DNA of 64,000 bases from an uncultured Chloroflexia bacterium (GCA_963783055.1 CAWAMB010000004.1:1763368-1827367); one strand, 5' to 3'; positions 8,619 to 18,237 are shown, counted from the first letter of the stretch. Numbers and translations are program-made. The notes: generated from the sequence alone by a model not told the origin.

Positions 8619-9350
8619 TCAGGCGCGGCGCCGGCGGGTCGATTCGAGCAGGATCGGGCGGCCATCGCCGTCGACGAGGCGCCAGCGCACGCCCAGGCGC
8701 TCGTCCTTGCCGTCGGCGAGGAGCTCCGCGATGGTGCCCGGCGCCGCCTTCTCACCGAGCTCCGCGAGCCGTCGCGCGATCGCGTGCGCGGCAAGGGCCG
8801 GTACATCGCCGACGACGTCGCGCCGGACCAGCCCCTCCGCGTCGGCGATGCCGTCCTCGTCCAGGCGCGCCATCAGCCGGCGGGCCCGGCCGCGCTCGGT
8901 GGCGCCAAGGTCCGTCAGCCAGGCCGGCTCGCGCGGCTCCTCCTCCGTCGGCGCCGCCTTCGGGCGCTTGGTGGCGCCCCGGGCCGGCGCCTTCCCGGAG
9001 TCCTCGCGTTCGGTCCGGGTGGGCTTGGTCTTGGGTGTGGGCGCATCCGCGGTGGCGCGCTCGTGCGCCGCCGGGCGCGTTCGCCGCTCGATCTTGCCGG
9101 CCAGCGGCGACGTCGCCGGGTCGCTCGATCGGGCGGACGCGATGGCTTCCTTGGCGCTCGTCAGGCTCGGGAACGGGCCGCGCACGAGCGGCAGGCCGAA
9201 GTCATCGGACTGCTCCGCGTCGACGATGACCCACGTCCCCGATTGGGGCTCGATCGTGAACCGCTCGTCGCGGGTCTGCCAGCGACCCCCGCCGAGGCGC
9301 TTGAGCGGCGCGTCGTCGGGGTCGACGGGGGGCTTGGTCGCGCGAGGCAT
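8619..9350 (-). CDS. Hypothetical protein with a central Lys/Pro/Thr-rich disordered linker
   Basis: 243-aa ORF with ordinary composition in its N- and C-terminal thirds (WQTRDERFTIEPQSGTWVIVD...; GVRWRLVDGDGRPILLE). No family was recognised. Confidence 0.55.
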   Translation of the reverse strand: MPRATKPPVDPDDAPLKRLGGGRWQTRDERFTIEPQSGTWVIVDAEQSDDFGLPLVRGPFPSLTSAKEAIASARSSDPATSPLAGKIERRTRPAAHERATADAPTPKTKPTRTEREDSGKAPARGATKRPKAAPTEEEPREPAWLTDLGATERGRARRLMARLDEDGIADAEGLVRRDVVGDVPALAAHAIARRLAELGEKAAPGTIAELLADGKDERLGVRWRLVDGDGRPILLESTRRRRA

Positions 9351-9356
9351 GGCCAG

Positions 9357-9362
9357 ACGATA
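9357..9362 (-). promoter_or_regulatory. -10-like hexamer TATCGT 6 nt upstream of ATG 9350 (candidate leaderless promoter)
   Basis: Minus strand reads gcgcggTATCGTctggccATG, with no RBS. Confidence 0.3.
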
Positions 9363-9372
9363 CCGCGCGCCG

Positions 9373-10803
9373 TCAGCGCCGGCGGCCGGGCAGGCCGGCG
9401 GACGCGACGACGATGCCGACCGCCACGGCCGTCAGCAGCCCGAACCCGAGGCTGACGCCTCCGGCAGTCACCGCGCCGCCGAGGACGGCCCCCGCCAGGC
9501 TCGCACCGAGCACGCCGCCGAGGTAGCGGGCGGTGTAGTACGTCCCGGCGGCCATGCCGACCCGATCGGGACCGACCGTCTCGAGCGCGGCCGCCTGGCG
9601 CGGCGAGCCGGCCAGCCCCATCCCGGCCCCCACGATTGCCAGCAGGCCGCCCAGCACGACCAGGGACGCGACCGTGGACACCTGCCAGAGGGCGGCCAGC
9701 CCGATCGCGCTCGCCAAGGCTCCGACGACGGCCGGGCCGCGCCGCCCGACGCGGTCCGACAGCCGTCCGCCGAACGGCGCGGCGACCGCCCCCAGGGCAC
9801 TGATCCCGAGCAGGACGAGGCCCGTCGTCTGCGGGCTCCCGCCCTGGAGGATCTCGACCAGCAGCGGAACGAGGACGAGCGTCGCGTGCAGGACGATGGT
9901 CGAGAGCAGGATCCCCACGACGGCGGCGGCGAACGGCCGCGACGCGAAGAGACGCGGGTCGACCGCCGGATGATCCGTCGCGAGCTCGAGCCGGACGAAG
10001 GCGATGAGCAGGAACGGAACCGCGACTGCCGCGACCGTGTCGATCACGCCGTCGCGACCGCCCCGCAGGGCGAGGAGGAACGACACGAGCAGGAGCGCAA
10101 GGACGGCGAGACCGCGGCCGTCGATGGGCCGCGGGACGACGGCCTCGCCGCGTCGCTCGGCCTCGGCCATCGGGTCGGGTCGGAGGCCCACGGCGACCAC
10201 CGCCACGATGGCGATGGGTGCCGCGAGGACGAACATCGCTCGCCAGTCGAACGTGCCGACGATCAGGCCGCCGACCAGCGGACCGAGCGCGGCGCTGGTC
10301 GAGACGAGCATGTCGAACAGCCCGAACGCCGCGCCGCGGCGGCTTGCCGGAGCCGTCGCCCGGACGAGCGCCACGGAGCTCGTCGATACGAGCGCGCCGC
10401 TCGCCGCCTGCAGGATCCGGGCGACCACGAGCACGCCGAACACGGGCGCCAGGGCCGCGACGAGCGACGCCAGGCCGAACCCGGCCACCCCGATCAGGAA
10501 CGCGCGTCGATGTCCGAAACGATCGCCGATGCTGCCACTGATGGGGACCGCGATCGCGACCGCTCCGAGATACACCGTCACGAGGGTGGCGGCCGCGTCG
10601 GGCGTCACCGCGAACGACGCCATGACGCTCGGCAGGGCCACCGCGAGCATGGTCGAGTTGAGCGGGACGAGGATCGCCCCGCTGGCCACGCCGATCATCG
10701 TCGGCGTCAGGAGCCGCCCATCCTCCCCGGCGCCGGCCGGCCCGTCCGCCGGCGGCGCGGCGTGCGAGGTCGGATCCTCGGCGTCGACCGGCCGGTCCGT
10801 CAC
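9373..10803 (-). CDS. MFS transporter, 14-TMS DHA2 (EmrB/QacA)-like efflux permease
   Basis: 476-aa hydrophobic ORF with MFS motifs (GSIGDRFGHRRAFL, GRLSDRVGRR). A 4-nt overlap joins it to the upstream PEP-utilising gene. Confidence 0.8.
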   Translation of the reverse strand: MTDRPVDAEDPTSHAAPPADGPAGAGEDGRLLTPTMIGVASGAILVPLNSTMLAVALPSVMASFAVTPDAAATLVTVYLGAVAIAVPISGSIGDRFGHRRAFLIGVAGFGLASLVAALAPVFGVLVVARILQAASGALVSTSSVALVRATAPASRRGAAFGLFDMLVSTSAALGPLVGGLIVGTFDWRAMFVLAAPIAIVAVVAVGLRPDPMAEAERRGEAVVPRPIDGRGLAVLALLLVSFLLALRGGRDGVIDTVAAVAVPFLLIAFVRLELATDHPAVDPRLFASRPFAAAVVGILLSTIVLHATLVLVPLLVEILQGGSPQTTGLVLLGISALGAVAAPFGGRLSDRVGRRGPAVVGALASAIGLAALWQVSTVASLVVLGGLLAIVGAGMGLAGSPRQAAALETVGPDRVGMAAGTYYTARYLGGVLGASLAGAVLGGAVTAGGVSLGFGLLTAVAVGIVVASAGLPGRRR

Positions 10804-12446
10804 CCGAGGCGCACGTAACCGGTCGCGCCGTCGAGCTCCACGATCTGGCCGTCCGTGATCCGGCTCGTCGCATCCCCCGTTCCGACCACGGCCGGAACGC
10901 CGAACTCGCGGGCAACCACGGCCGCGTGCGACAGCACGCCACCCGTGTCCGTCACGAAGCCGCCCGCGATCGAGAACAGCGGCACCCAGCCGGGATTCGA
11001 CGCGCGGGCAACCACGATGTCGCCGGGTCGGACCCGGTCGAAGTCGTCCGGACCATGGACGACTCGGGCCACCGAGCGGACCACACCGGCCGACGCGCCC
11101 GTGCCGCGGACCACGGCGGCGTCCGTCGAGGCGAAGCGGGCCCCATCGAACCGATCGGCGTCGTCCGGATCCTTCGCCTTGCCCAGCGTACGGGGCGGCG
11201 GCGTCAGGGCCGATCGCCAGGCGTGTTCCGCCTTCCGCTCGGCAACGAGCGCGCGCTGGTCAGCCGGTGCCCGGAGAAGCGGGCCCACCTCGTCGCGCGT
11301 GAAGTGGCAGATGTCGTCGGCGTCGTCGATTGCCCCGGCCGCCACGAGGTGCGCTCCGATCCGACGCGTGAACCGGCGCAGGCGGTCGCCGCACATTCGA
11401 TCGAGCCAGTAGTTGTGGCCCTCCGTCAGCCAGCCGACCGCCCGGGCCGCCGCGAGCGCGCGCTCGAAGGTGGCCAGATCGTCGGGCCGCCCGGCGAGGG
11501 CCATCCGGATCCGGCTCTCCAGCTCCGCGGCCGCGGCCTCGCGCAGGGCCCGGCGATGCCCGGGCGTCCGATCGTCGCGCTCCGTCCGGATGGCGAGGTC
11601 GGCCAGGAGGCGGCCCGGAGTCTCGTTCCAGGACGGTTCGCCGAGATCCTCGGTCAGGTGTCCGAGGTGGCCGTGGGCCCCGAGAAACTCGTCCACCGCG
11701 GCCGCGAACGTCGCGGCCCCGGGCAATGGCAGGCCGCGGAGCTCGGCGATCGATGCGGGGGCGGCCGTGCGCAGGCGTTCGGCCAGGTCGGGATGCGCGG
11801 CGAGGAGCGCGGCGAGGTCTTCCAGGCCGGCCTCGACCGCAGCGAGCTCCCGGATCTCGCCGCTGGCGAGGCCCAGGACGTCGGCGTCGGCGATGTCGTC
11901 CAGCCGGGCCTTCACGACGTCGACGAGGTCGTCCAGTGCCTCATAGGCGCCGACGATGACCCGGAAGTGGATCTCCCAGATCCGATCGGCCATCTGCCAG
12001 GCTCGGTCCCATGCCGCGGCGAGACCCTCGGGGCCGGTCCCGGCCACGGGCAGGCCCTCGAGCTCGCGATAGATCGCCTGGGCCTCGGGCTTGGCCACAT
12101 CACGCCACCAGTCGCCGACCACCGCGATCTCGGCCTTGCGCGCCTGCGCGGCCCGTTCCAGGACGGCGGCTCGCTCGTCGGCCGGCGCGTCGACGGAGAA
12201 GGCGAAGTAGGCATAGCCGTTGACGATCATCAGCACGGTCCGGACCGGCAGCCCGAGGGCACGCGGCCGGACGTTCATGCCGGCGTTCAGCAGCTCGAGA
12301 TAGGACTGGCTCAGCCGGTGGAGGGCCCGCGGCGCATGCATGTCGTCCCAGTCCCACGTCAGCTCCGCGAACGCAGGCTCAGCCCACGCGATCTGATGCC
12401 AGGGGTCCGTGGCGGGGGCTGGCTCGGATCGGGGCGGGACGGACAT
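10800..12446 (-). CDS. PEP-utilising enzyme, C-terminal two-thirds of a rifampicin-phosphotransferase/PEP-synthase-like protein (substrate domain plus swivel phosphohistidine domain)
   Basis: The C-terminus GGFVTDTGGVLSHAAVVAREFGVPAVVGTG is the PEP-utilisers mobile-domain signature. This ORF lies directly downstream of the ATP-grasp half. Confidence 0.75.
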   Translation of the reverse strand: MSVPPRSEPAPATDPWHQIAWAEPAFAELTWDWDDMHAPRALHRLSQSYLELLNAGMNVRPRALGLPVRTVLMIVNGYAYFAFSVDAPADERAAVLERAAQARKAEIAVVGDWWRDVAKPEAQAIYRELEGLPVAGTGPEGLAAAWDRAWQMADRIWEIHFRVIVGAYEALDDLVDVVKARLDDIADADVLGLASGEIRELAAVEAGLEDLAALLAAHPDLAERLRTAAPASIAELRGLPLPGAATFAAAVDEFLGAHGHLGHLTEDLGEPSWNETPGRLLADLAIRTERDDRTPGHRRALREAAAAELESRIRMALAGRPDDLATFERALAAARAVGWLTEGHNYWLDRMCGDRLRRFTRRIGAHLVAAGAIDDADDICHFTRDEVGPLLRAPADQRALVAERKAEHAWRSALTPPPRTLGKAKDPDDADRFDGARFASTDAAVVRGTGASAGVVRSVARVVHGPDDFDRVRPGDIVVARASNPGWVPLFSIAGGFVTDTGGVLSHAAVVAREFGVPAVVGTGDATSRITDGQIVELDGATGYVRLG

Positions 12447-12459
12447 CAGGCGAGCCTCG

Positions 12460-13434
12460 TCAGCTGGTGGTGATCGGTCGCGATTGGAGGAGGAACCAGG
12501 TCGAGGCAGTTCGCGCGGCCTCGATGTCGACGGCGTGGCCCGCGGCCGCCTCGACCGCGAGCGCGAGTTCGACGAGCTCGGTCAGCGCGCCGTCGGAGAG
12601 CACAGGGCCGGATGAGGGGTCCGGCCGCTCGACGATCCGGCCATCCGCGACGAACTGGCGCATGCCGGGACGACCGGGCGATCGCTCGATGACGCGCCGG
12701 CTCGCGCGCTCGACCTCGATCGTGTCGGGCGTCGCCTCGCCGGAGACCATCGGTTCGCCGAGGCCGCGGATCGCGGTCAGCAGGATCCGATCGTCGCGGC
12801 CGCTCACGGGATGGCGAGTGAACGCGACGGCCGACGCCTCGGCCGGCACGAGCGCCTGGACGACGACCGCCATCGCGAGCCGGTCGACGGGGAGGCCCCG
12901 TCGAGCGCGATAGCTGACGGCCGGGATCGACCAGAGCGACGCCCAGCAACGGCGTACGGCCGGCTCGATCTCCGGTGCCGTTCGCCCGAGCTCCGTGTCA
13001 TGGAGGCCCGCGAACGACGCGACGGCCCCGTCCTCGTCGAGGGCCGACGAGCGGACGGCGAAGGACGCCACGTCGGTCGCCCCGGGGGTCAGCGCAGCCA
13101 TGTCTCGCACGAGCCCGCCGACCGCGTCATCGATCGCGTCCCGCAGCGCGGGAACGGTCGGCGTCGCCTCGAACGCGGCGACGATCGCGGTGCGTGCTTC
13201 GGGGGCGGGCAGTGCAGCCAGGAGCTCACCGATCGGGAAGCGTCCGGCAACGGCCGCGAGCTGGTCGCGGAACGCATCGGCCGTGACGCACACTCCGGGT
13301 GGCACGGCCCAGCCGAGCCGGGTCAGTCGATCGAGCGAGGCACCCTTGCCCCCGGCCTGATCGGCGGTCAGGGGCGGGCCGATTCCGATGTGGACGACTC
13401 GGGGGTCACGCGGCGCGATCGCCGGGATGGGCAT
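12460..13434 (-). CDS. PEP/pyruvate-binding (PPDK_N, ATP-grasp) domain protein, N-terminal third of the same RPH/PEP-synthase-like enzyme
   Basis: 324 aa from the ATG at 13434. It has GGKGASLDRLTRLGWAVPPGVCVT, AVRSSALDEDG and a terminal LLQSRPITTS. The stop lies 13 nt before the next ATG, and a single-base change would fuse the two ORFs. Confidence 0.75.
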   Translation of the reverse strand: MPIPAIAPRDPRVVHIGIGPPLTADQAGGKGASLDRLTRLGWAVPPGVCVTADAFRDQLAAVAGRFPIGELLAALPAPEARTAIVAAFEATPTVPALRDAIDDAVGGLVRDMAALTPGATDVASFAVRSSALDEDGAVASFAGLHDTELGRTAPEIEPAVRRCWASLWSIPAVSYRARRGLPVDRLAMAVVVQALVPAEASAVAFTRHPVSGRDDRILLTAIRGLGEPMVSGEATPDTIEVERASRRVIERSPGRPGMRQFVADGRIVERPDPSSGPVLSDGALTELVELALAVEAAAGHAVDIEAARTASTWFLLQSRPITTS

Positions 13435-13469
13435 GCTCGGAATGCCTCGTCGGGACGGTGTGGCGCGGG

Positions 13470-13478
13470 AGTGTAGCA
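13470..13478 (-). promoter_or_regulatory. Extended -10-like nonamer TGCTACACT 36 nt upstream of the RPH-like gene
   Basis: An exact copy of the nonamer also found upstream of rpsB and acpP, followed by the GC-rich CCCGCGCC. Confidence 0.45.
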
Positions 13479-13531
13479 AACGGCCGGGGCGCCGATCGTA
13501 ACGCGCCGCAGCGACCGCAGCGAGCCGACGG

Positions 13532-13882
13532 CTAGGCTTCGAAGGGCAGGAACGTCCCGTCCGCGGCGCGCGGCGCGGGCACGACCGCGACGATCGCCGC
13601 TCGATCGATCGGGCCGAAGATGTGGGGGTAGATCCGGCCCGGGTCCTCGACGCTCCACGGGCTCGTGATCCGGTCGAGATCGACGGTGAGGACGACGAAC
13701 TCCCGGGAGTCGGTGGCGTAGTGGCGGTTCGCCGTCGCAACCATCGCGCTGGCGCCGTCCGTGCAGTGGATGAAGCCCTCGGTCTCGAGCGACGGCGCCG
13801 ACAGCGGGGCCGCGGGATCGGCAGCCGCCCACCACTCCCGCGGCGTCAGGTGGTACGTCCGACGGGGAGCGGGATCAGCCAC
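13532..13882 (-). CDS. DUF952 domain protein
   Basis: 116-aa ORF with ETEGFIHCTDG and FVVLTVDLDRI..., typical of DUF952. It overlaps the end of the upstream ThDP enzyme by 8 nt. Confidence 0.7.
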   Translation of the reverse strand: MADPAPRRTYHLTPREWWAAADPAAPLSAPSLETEGFIHCTDGASAMVATANRHYATDSREFVVLTVDLDRITSPWSVEDPGRIYPHIFGPIDRAAIVAVVPAPRAADGTFLPFEA

Positions 13883-15957
13883 CGGCGACGAACGGTCGAT
13901 CCGGCGAGACCCAGCCGCGGTCGAGGGCCACCTGGATCACCGTCGGGCGGTCGTTGGCCAGCGCCTGCCGCACGGCCTGCTCGAAGGCCGTGTCCGTCTC
14001 CACCCGGATCCCGCGCGCGCCACAGGCCCGGGCGATCGCCGCGAAGTCGATCGGTCCGAGGTCGGTCGCGATCGCACCGGCCTCCCCTCCCCCGCGCCCG
14101 TCCTGGTGCATCCGGATCGTGCCGTAGCGTTCGTTGTCGAACACGACCGCGATGACCTTGACCTTCTCGCGGACGGCGGTCTCGAGCTCGGCCATCGTCA
14201 TCGCGAAGCCGCCGTCGCCGGCGATCGCGACGACGGTCCGATCGCGGTGGACGAGGCCGGCCGCGATCGCCGCCGGAAGCCCGTAGCCCATGGCCCCGGA
14301 CGTCGGGTCCGAGGAACGTCCCGGGCCGGCGGAACCGGAAGTGGCGGGCGACCCACAGCCCGAAGTTGCCGGCGTCCGTGGTGATGATCGCGTCGTCGGG
14401 GATCAACCGACGGAGGGCGGTGACCGCGTGGGCGGGGTGGACGCCGGGGCCGGTCCAGGGAGCGGCGTCGGCGGTCGTGGCCTCGTCCCAGGCGGCGCGA
14501 TCGGCCGTATTGGTCGCCTCTCGCGCGTCCGCCCCTGCGGCGTCCAGGACCGCCTCCTGGAGGCGCGACACGGCCGCCCGCAGGAACGCCCGGGCGTCCG
14601 ACCGAATCGTGCGCCGCGGGGCGGGCAGGCCGGGCCGCTCGTCGGCCGGCTCGACGTCGACCTGCATCCAGGCCTGGCCCTCGGCTGGGAGGGTGTAGCC
14701 GAACGAGGTGATCTCGGACAGGCGGCAGCCCAGGACGAGGATGGCGTCGGCCCGCTCGAGCCGCTCGCGGACCACGGACGGGCTGCCGTAGCCGGCCATC
14801 CCGAGATACAGCGGGTGGTCGTTCGGGATGACGTCGCCGCGACGCCAGCCCGCGATCACCGGCACCCGGAGCAGCTCGGCGAGGCGTACGAGATCGGTCG
14901 AGGTCCGAGCCCGCAGGACGCCGCCGCCGGCGAGGATCACCGGTCGCTCGGCCGAGGCGAGGAAGTGGAGCACGGCCCGGACGTCCTCGGGCTCGGGCCG
15001 GACGGGCGCGGGACGTGAGGTGTCGAGCTGGGTGTCGGCCGGCAGCTCCTCGTCGAGGATGTCCTCCGGCAGGGAGAGGAACGCTGGGCCGGGCCGCCCG
15101 ACGAGAGCCGCACGCACGGCGTCCCCGACCATCCGCGGCACGTCCGCGACGGCTGTCAGCTCCGCGGCGTGCAGCGCCAGGCCGCCGATCGTCGTCGCCT
15201 GGTCGATCTCCTGGAACGCCTCGCGACCGCGGAACGCGCGCTCGACCTGGCCGACGAGCGCGAACATCGGCGAGGAGTCCTGGCGGGCCGTGTGAATCCC
15301 GATCGCGAGGTTGGCCGCGCCGACGCCGCGCGTCCCGATCGCCGCGGCGGGACGGCCGGTCAGCTGGCCGTGGGCCTCGGCCATGAAGGCCGCGCCGCCC
15401 TCGTGGCGCGTCGCGATCGACGCGGATGCCGGCTGCCTGGAGGCCTTCGAGCAGGCCGAGGAAGCTCTCGCCGGGGACCGTGAAGGCGTAGCGCACGCCG
15501 GCGGCGCGCAACGCATCGGCGATGAACCGCCCGACGGTGCGCGGGCCGGCTGGTTCGGCGGGCTCGGAGTCGGGCGCGTCTGCGCCAACGGGCTCCTCGG
15601 GCGCGTCTGCGCCATGGGCTCCGGGGCCGCGACCTCGTCGTCTTGACGCGCGCCTGCTTCGACGGCGTCGTCGACCGCCGACGGCGGGGCGACGGCCTCG
15701 GACGCGACGGGCTCGACCGCGGCGCTCGCCTCATCCTCGACGGCGTCACTGCGCGCGTCGTCGGTCTCGTCCGCGGACGCACGATCGGCTTCACCTGCCA
15801 GCGGGTCGTCGGGCGTCACTCCGTTCGCCGCGTCCGGACGACCGTCGACGTCGGCAGGCGGCGCCTCGTTGGCGTCGGCCGACGGGGCCGGCGGCTCCTC
15901 GTCGGCGGCCGTGGCCTCGCTCGGGTCCGCCTCGGTCGCCGTTCGCTCGTCGGTCAT
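13875..15957 (-). CDS. Thiamine-diphosphate-dependent enzyme (acetolactate synthase large-subunit-like) with an acidic N-terminal extension; three frame changes needed as sequenced
   Basis: The pieces lie in three frames. They are: the acidic MTDERTATEADPSE... block from ATG 15957; GRFIADALRAAGVRYAFTVPGESFLGLLEGLQAAGIRV; then IATRHEGGAAFMAEAHGQLTGRPAA...TDAGNFGLWVARHFRFRRPGTFLGP; then TSGAMGYGLPAAIAAGLVHRDRTVVAIAGDGGFAMT (the ThDP GDG motif), ending at 13875. Confidence 0.75.
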
Positions 15958-16061
15958 CAGGGAGCCGTCGGCATCGAGACGGTGCCGACGACCAGGCCGA
16001 GCGCCACGACGATCGCGACGATGATCATCAGGACGCGGGCGTAGCGCGCGCCGGGCATCAT
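15957..16061 (-). CDS. Candidate 34-aa single-TM micro-ORF coupled to the ThDP-enzyme ORF
   Basis: Found by manual translation; it is below the ORF-track cutoff. The product is MMPGARYARVLMIIVAIVVALGLVVGTVSMPTAP*. Its TGA overlaps the ATG at 15957 (TGATGA). Confidence 0.3.
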   Translation of the reverse strand: MMPGARYARVLMIIVAIVVALGLVVGTVSMPTAP

Positions 16062-16068
16062 GCCGGGG

Positions 16069-16563
16069 CTACCGGTAGTTCTCGAACTGGAGCGGAACCG
16101 GGAGCTCCTCGAGCTCGCGCAGCCGTCCGATCACCTTCTGGAGCTCGTCGCGGCTCTTGCCGGAGACCCGGACGGCATCGCCCTGGATCTGCGGCTTCAC
16201 CTTCGGGAACTCCTCGCGGATCAGCTTGCTGATCTTCTTGGCGAGCTCGTCGTTGAGACCGCGTCGGAGGGTGATCGCCTGGCGGACCTTGTTGCCGCCC
16301 GACGGCTCGATCTTGCCCCAGTCGAAGATCTTGAGCGACAGGTTGCGACGGACGGCCTTCGACTCGATCAGGTCCTTGATCGCGGCTGCCCGATGCTCGT
16401 CGTCGGTGACGAGGGTGAGCTCGTCCTTGGTCTGCTCCAGCTCGACGGTCACGCCCTTGAAGTCGAACCGCTGGCCGACCTCGCGACGGACCTGGTCGAG
16501 CGCGTTGCGCAGCTCCTGCTCGTCGAAGTCGCTGACGACGTCGAACGAAACGTCTCCGGCCAT
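16069..16563 (-). CDS. yajQ: YajQ family (UPF0234) nucleotide/cyclic-di-GMP-binding protein
   Basis: 164-aa ORF with SFDVVSDFDEQELRNALDQVRREVGQRFDFKG and LQFENYR, matching the YajQ family throughout. GGGAGG RBS present. Confidence 0.85.
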   Translation of the reverse strand: MAGDVSFDVVSDFDEQELRNALDQVRREVGQRFDFKGVTVELEQTKDELTLVTDDEHRAAAIKDLIESKAVRRNLSLKIFDWGKIEPSGGNKVRQAITLRRGLNDELAKKISKLIREEFPKVKPQIQGDAVRVSGKSRDELQKVIGRLRELEELPVPLQFENYR

Positions 16564-16650
16564 GGGCCTCCCTGCGGTGTGGCGATCGGCGGCGCGTCGG
16601 TCCGGGGCGCCGCGATCCGGATGGACGCCAAGTATGCCCTGATCGGCCGA

Positions 16651-18237
16651 TCAGCGGTCGGCGAGCGCCTCGAGCAGGAGCTCGCCGATCCGGTAGCTCC
16701 GGCCGCCGCCCATCACGAGCACGGCGTCGCCGGCGCGGACCTCGTCGGCCAGCCACGCCGCCGTCGCTTCGACCGATCCCGGTGCGGCGACGGGGATCGC
16801 CGGATTGCGGGTTGCGACGGCCTCCGCCAGGGAGGCGGCCGAGGCGATCGTGGTGTCCGGGTCGCGGCCGGCCCAGATGTCGGCGATCGCGACCGCATCG
16901 GCCTCGGCCAGGGCGGCGGCGAAGTCGTCGAGCAGGGCCGCCGTCCGGTGGAACGTCAGCGGCTCGTACACGGCCCAGACGCGCCGGCCGGGAGCCCGCT
17001 GGCGGACGGCCGCCAGCGTCTCGCGGATCGCGGTCGGATGGTGGCCGTAGTCGTCGAACACGACGACGCCGCCCGCCTCGCCCTTGCGCTCGAGGCGCCG
17101 TCCGACGCCCGTGAACGAAGCGAGCCCGCGGACGATCGCGTCGGGCTCGAGGCCCGCGGCGTGGGCCGCGCCCGCCACGCCGAGCGCGTTCGCGGCGTTG
17201 TGGCGGCCCGCGGTCGTCAGTCGGGCGGTGAGCGGCCCGCGGAGGTCGTCGAGGCCGTGGATCTCGATCGTCGTCGCGTCCGGGTCCTGCCGGACGATCC
17301 GGCCGAGGACGGTCCGGGCCGGTCCCGCCGCCGTCGCGAACTGCTCGGCGATCCCGCGTCCGAAGCTCGCGACCCGCGCGGACTCCGCGTCCACGATGGC
17401 CGTGGCGAGGATCGTGCCCGGCCAATCGCGGAGGCGCGCGGCGAGCTCGGCGGCACCCGTGTCGGCGACGTTGATCACGGCCACGGGCGGCGGGTTCAGC
17501 CCAGGCTGGACGGCGGGGTCCGCCACGGCCGCAGCGCGCAGCCAGCGCTCGAAGGTCGCCACGACGGCCGCGCGATCGACGAAGACGTCGGGGTGGTCCC
17601 ACTCGGCCGAGGTGACGACGGCGATGGCGGGCCGGTAGGCGTCGAAGTTGCCGGCGTACTCGTCGGCCTCGACGACGAAGGCCGATCCCGCACCGCGCCG
17701 CGCCGTTGCGGCCGGGCCGCCCGTCAGCTCCGGCCCGAGCAGGGCGCCGACGAAGGCCGACGGATCGGCGCCCGCCGCGACGAGGACGTGGACGAGCCAG
17801 CCGGCCGACGTGCTCTTGCCGTGCGTGCCCGCCACGCCGATCAGCGTCCGGCCCGAGGCGGCGTCGGCGATGACCTGCTGCCAGGGCTCGATCGGGATGC
17901 CGGCCCGCCGCGCGGCGCGGAGCTCGGGATGATCGGGATCGATGGCCGTGAGGGCCTTGGTGACGGCCAGTCGATCGGGCGGTGGCGTGTGCGTGACGTG
18001 CGCGGCATCGTGCTGCCAGGCGAGCGCGATCCCGGCGGCTGCGAGGGCGGGCGTGTACGGCGATGCTCCGCCAGCATCGCAGCCGTCGGCCACGGCGCCG
18101 GCCCACGCGGCGTGGAGCAACGCGGCGCTCGCCCCGGCGCCCGCGCCGCCGACCACGTGGATCCGCTCACCCGCGACGATCGCGCGGGCAGGCCGGGCCG
18201 GGAGCAGGCCGACCCCCGGCGTCGCTGCGCCGGTCAC
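16651..18237 (-). CDS. murC: Mur ligase family, UDP-N-acetylmuramate--L-alanine ligase (MurC/Mpl-like)
   Basis: 528 aa from the GTG at 18237, with a GTGA overlap onto the cinA stop. It has GVAGTHGKSTSAGWL, EADEYAGNF and DDYGHHPTAIRETL. It is not in a dcw cluster, so MurC versus Mpl is unresolved. Confidence 0.7.
   Translation of the reverse strand: MTGAATPGVGLLPARPARAIVAGERIHVVGGAGAGASAALLHAAWAGAVADGCDAGGASPYTPALAAAGIALAWQHDAAHVTHTPPPDRLAVTKALTAIDPDHPELRAARRAGIPIEPWQQVIADAASGRTLIGVAGTHGKSTSAGWLVHVLVAAGADPSAFVGALLGPELTGGPAATARRGAGSAFVVEADEYAGNFDAYRPAIAVVTSAEWDHPDVFVDRAAVVATFERWLRAAAVADPAVQPGLNPPPVAVINVADTGAAELAARLRDWPGTILATAIVDAESARVASFGRGIAEQFATAAGPARTVLGRIVRQDPDATTIEIHGLDDLRGPLTARLTTAGRHNAANALGVAGAAHAAGLEPDAIVRGLASFTGVGRRLERKGEAGGVVVFDDYGHHPTAIRETLAAVRQRAPGRRVWAVYEPLTFHRTAALLDDFAAALAEADAVAIADIWAGRDPDTTIASAASLAEAVATRNPAIPVAAPGSVEATAAWLADEVRAGDAVLVMGGGRSYRIGELLLEALADR

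Noticed and set aside
7756-10818. Very long ORFs in alternative or antisense frames. Examples are the 1020-aa ORF at 7756..10818 (+), the 1415-aa ORF at 34573..38820 (+), 57390..59495 (+), 16058..18106 (-) and 241..1560 (-).
   Set aside because: Their translations are dominated by Arg, Pro, Gly and Ala runs with no recognisable motifs. They also overlap well-supported genes on the other strand or frame. This is the usual stop-codon-poor shadow of high-GC DNA, not coding sequence.
13846-15957. A 703-aa ORF taken as one intact ThDP enzyme.
   Set aside because: Only the acidic head and the middle third are meaningful in this frame. The conserved N-terminal (GRFIADALRAAGVRY...) and C-terminal (GYGLPAAI...GDGGF...) parts are in the other two frames.
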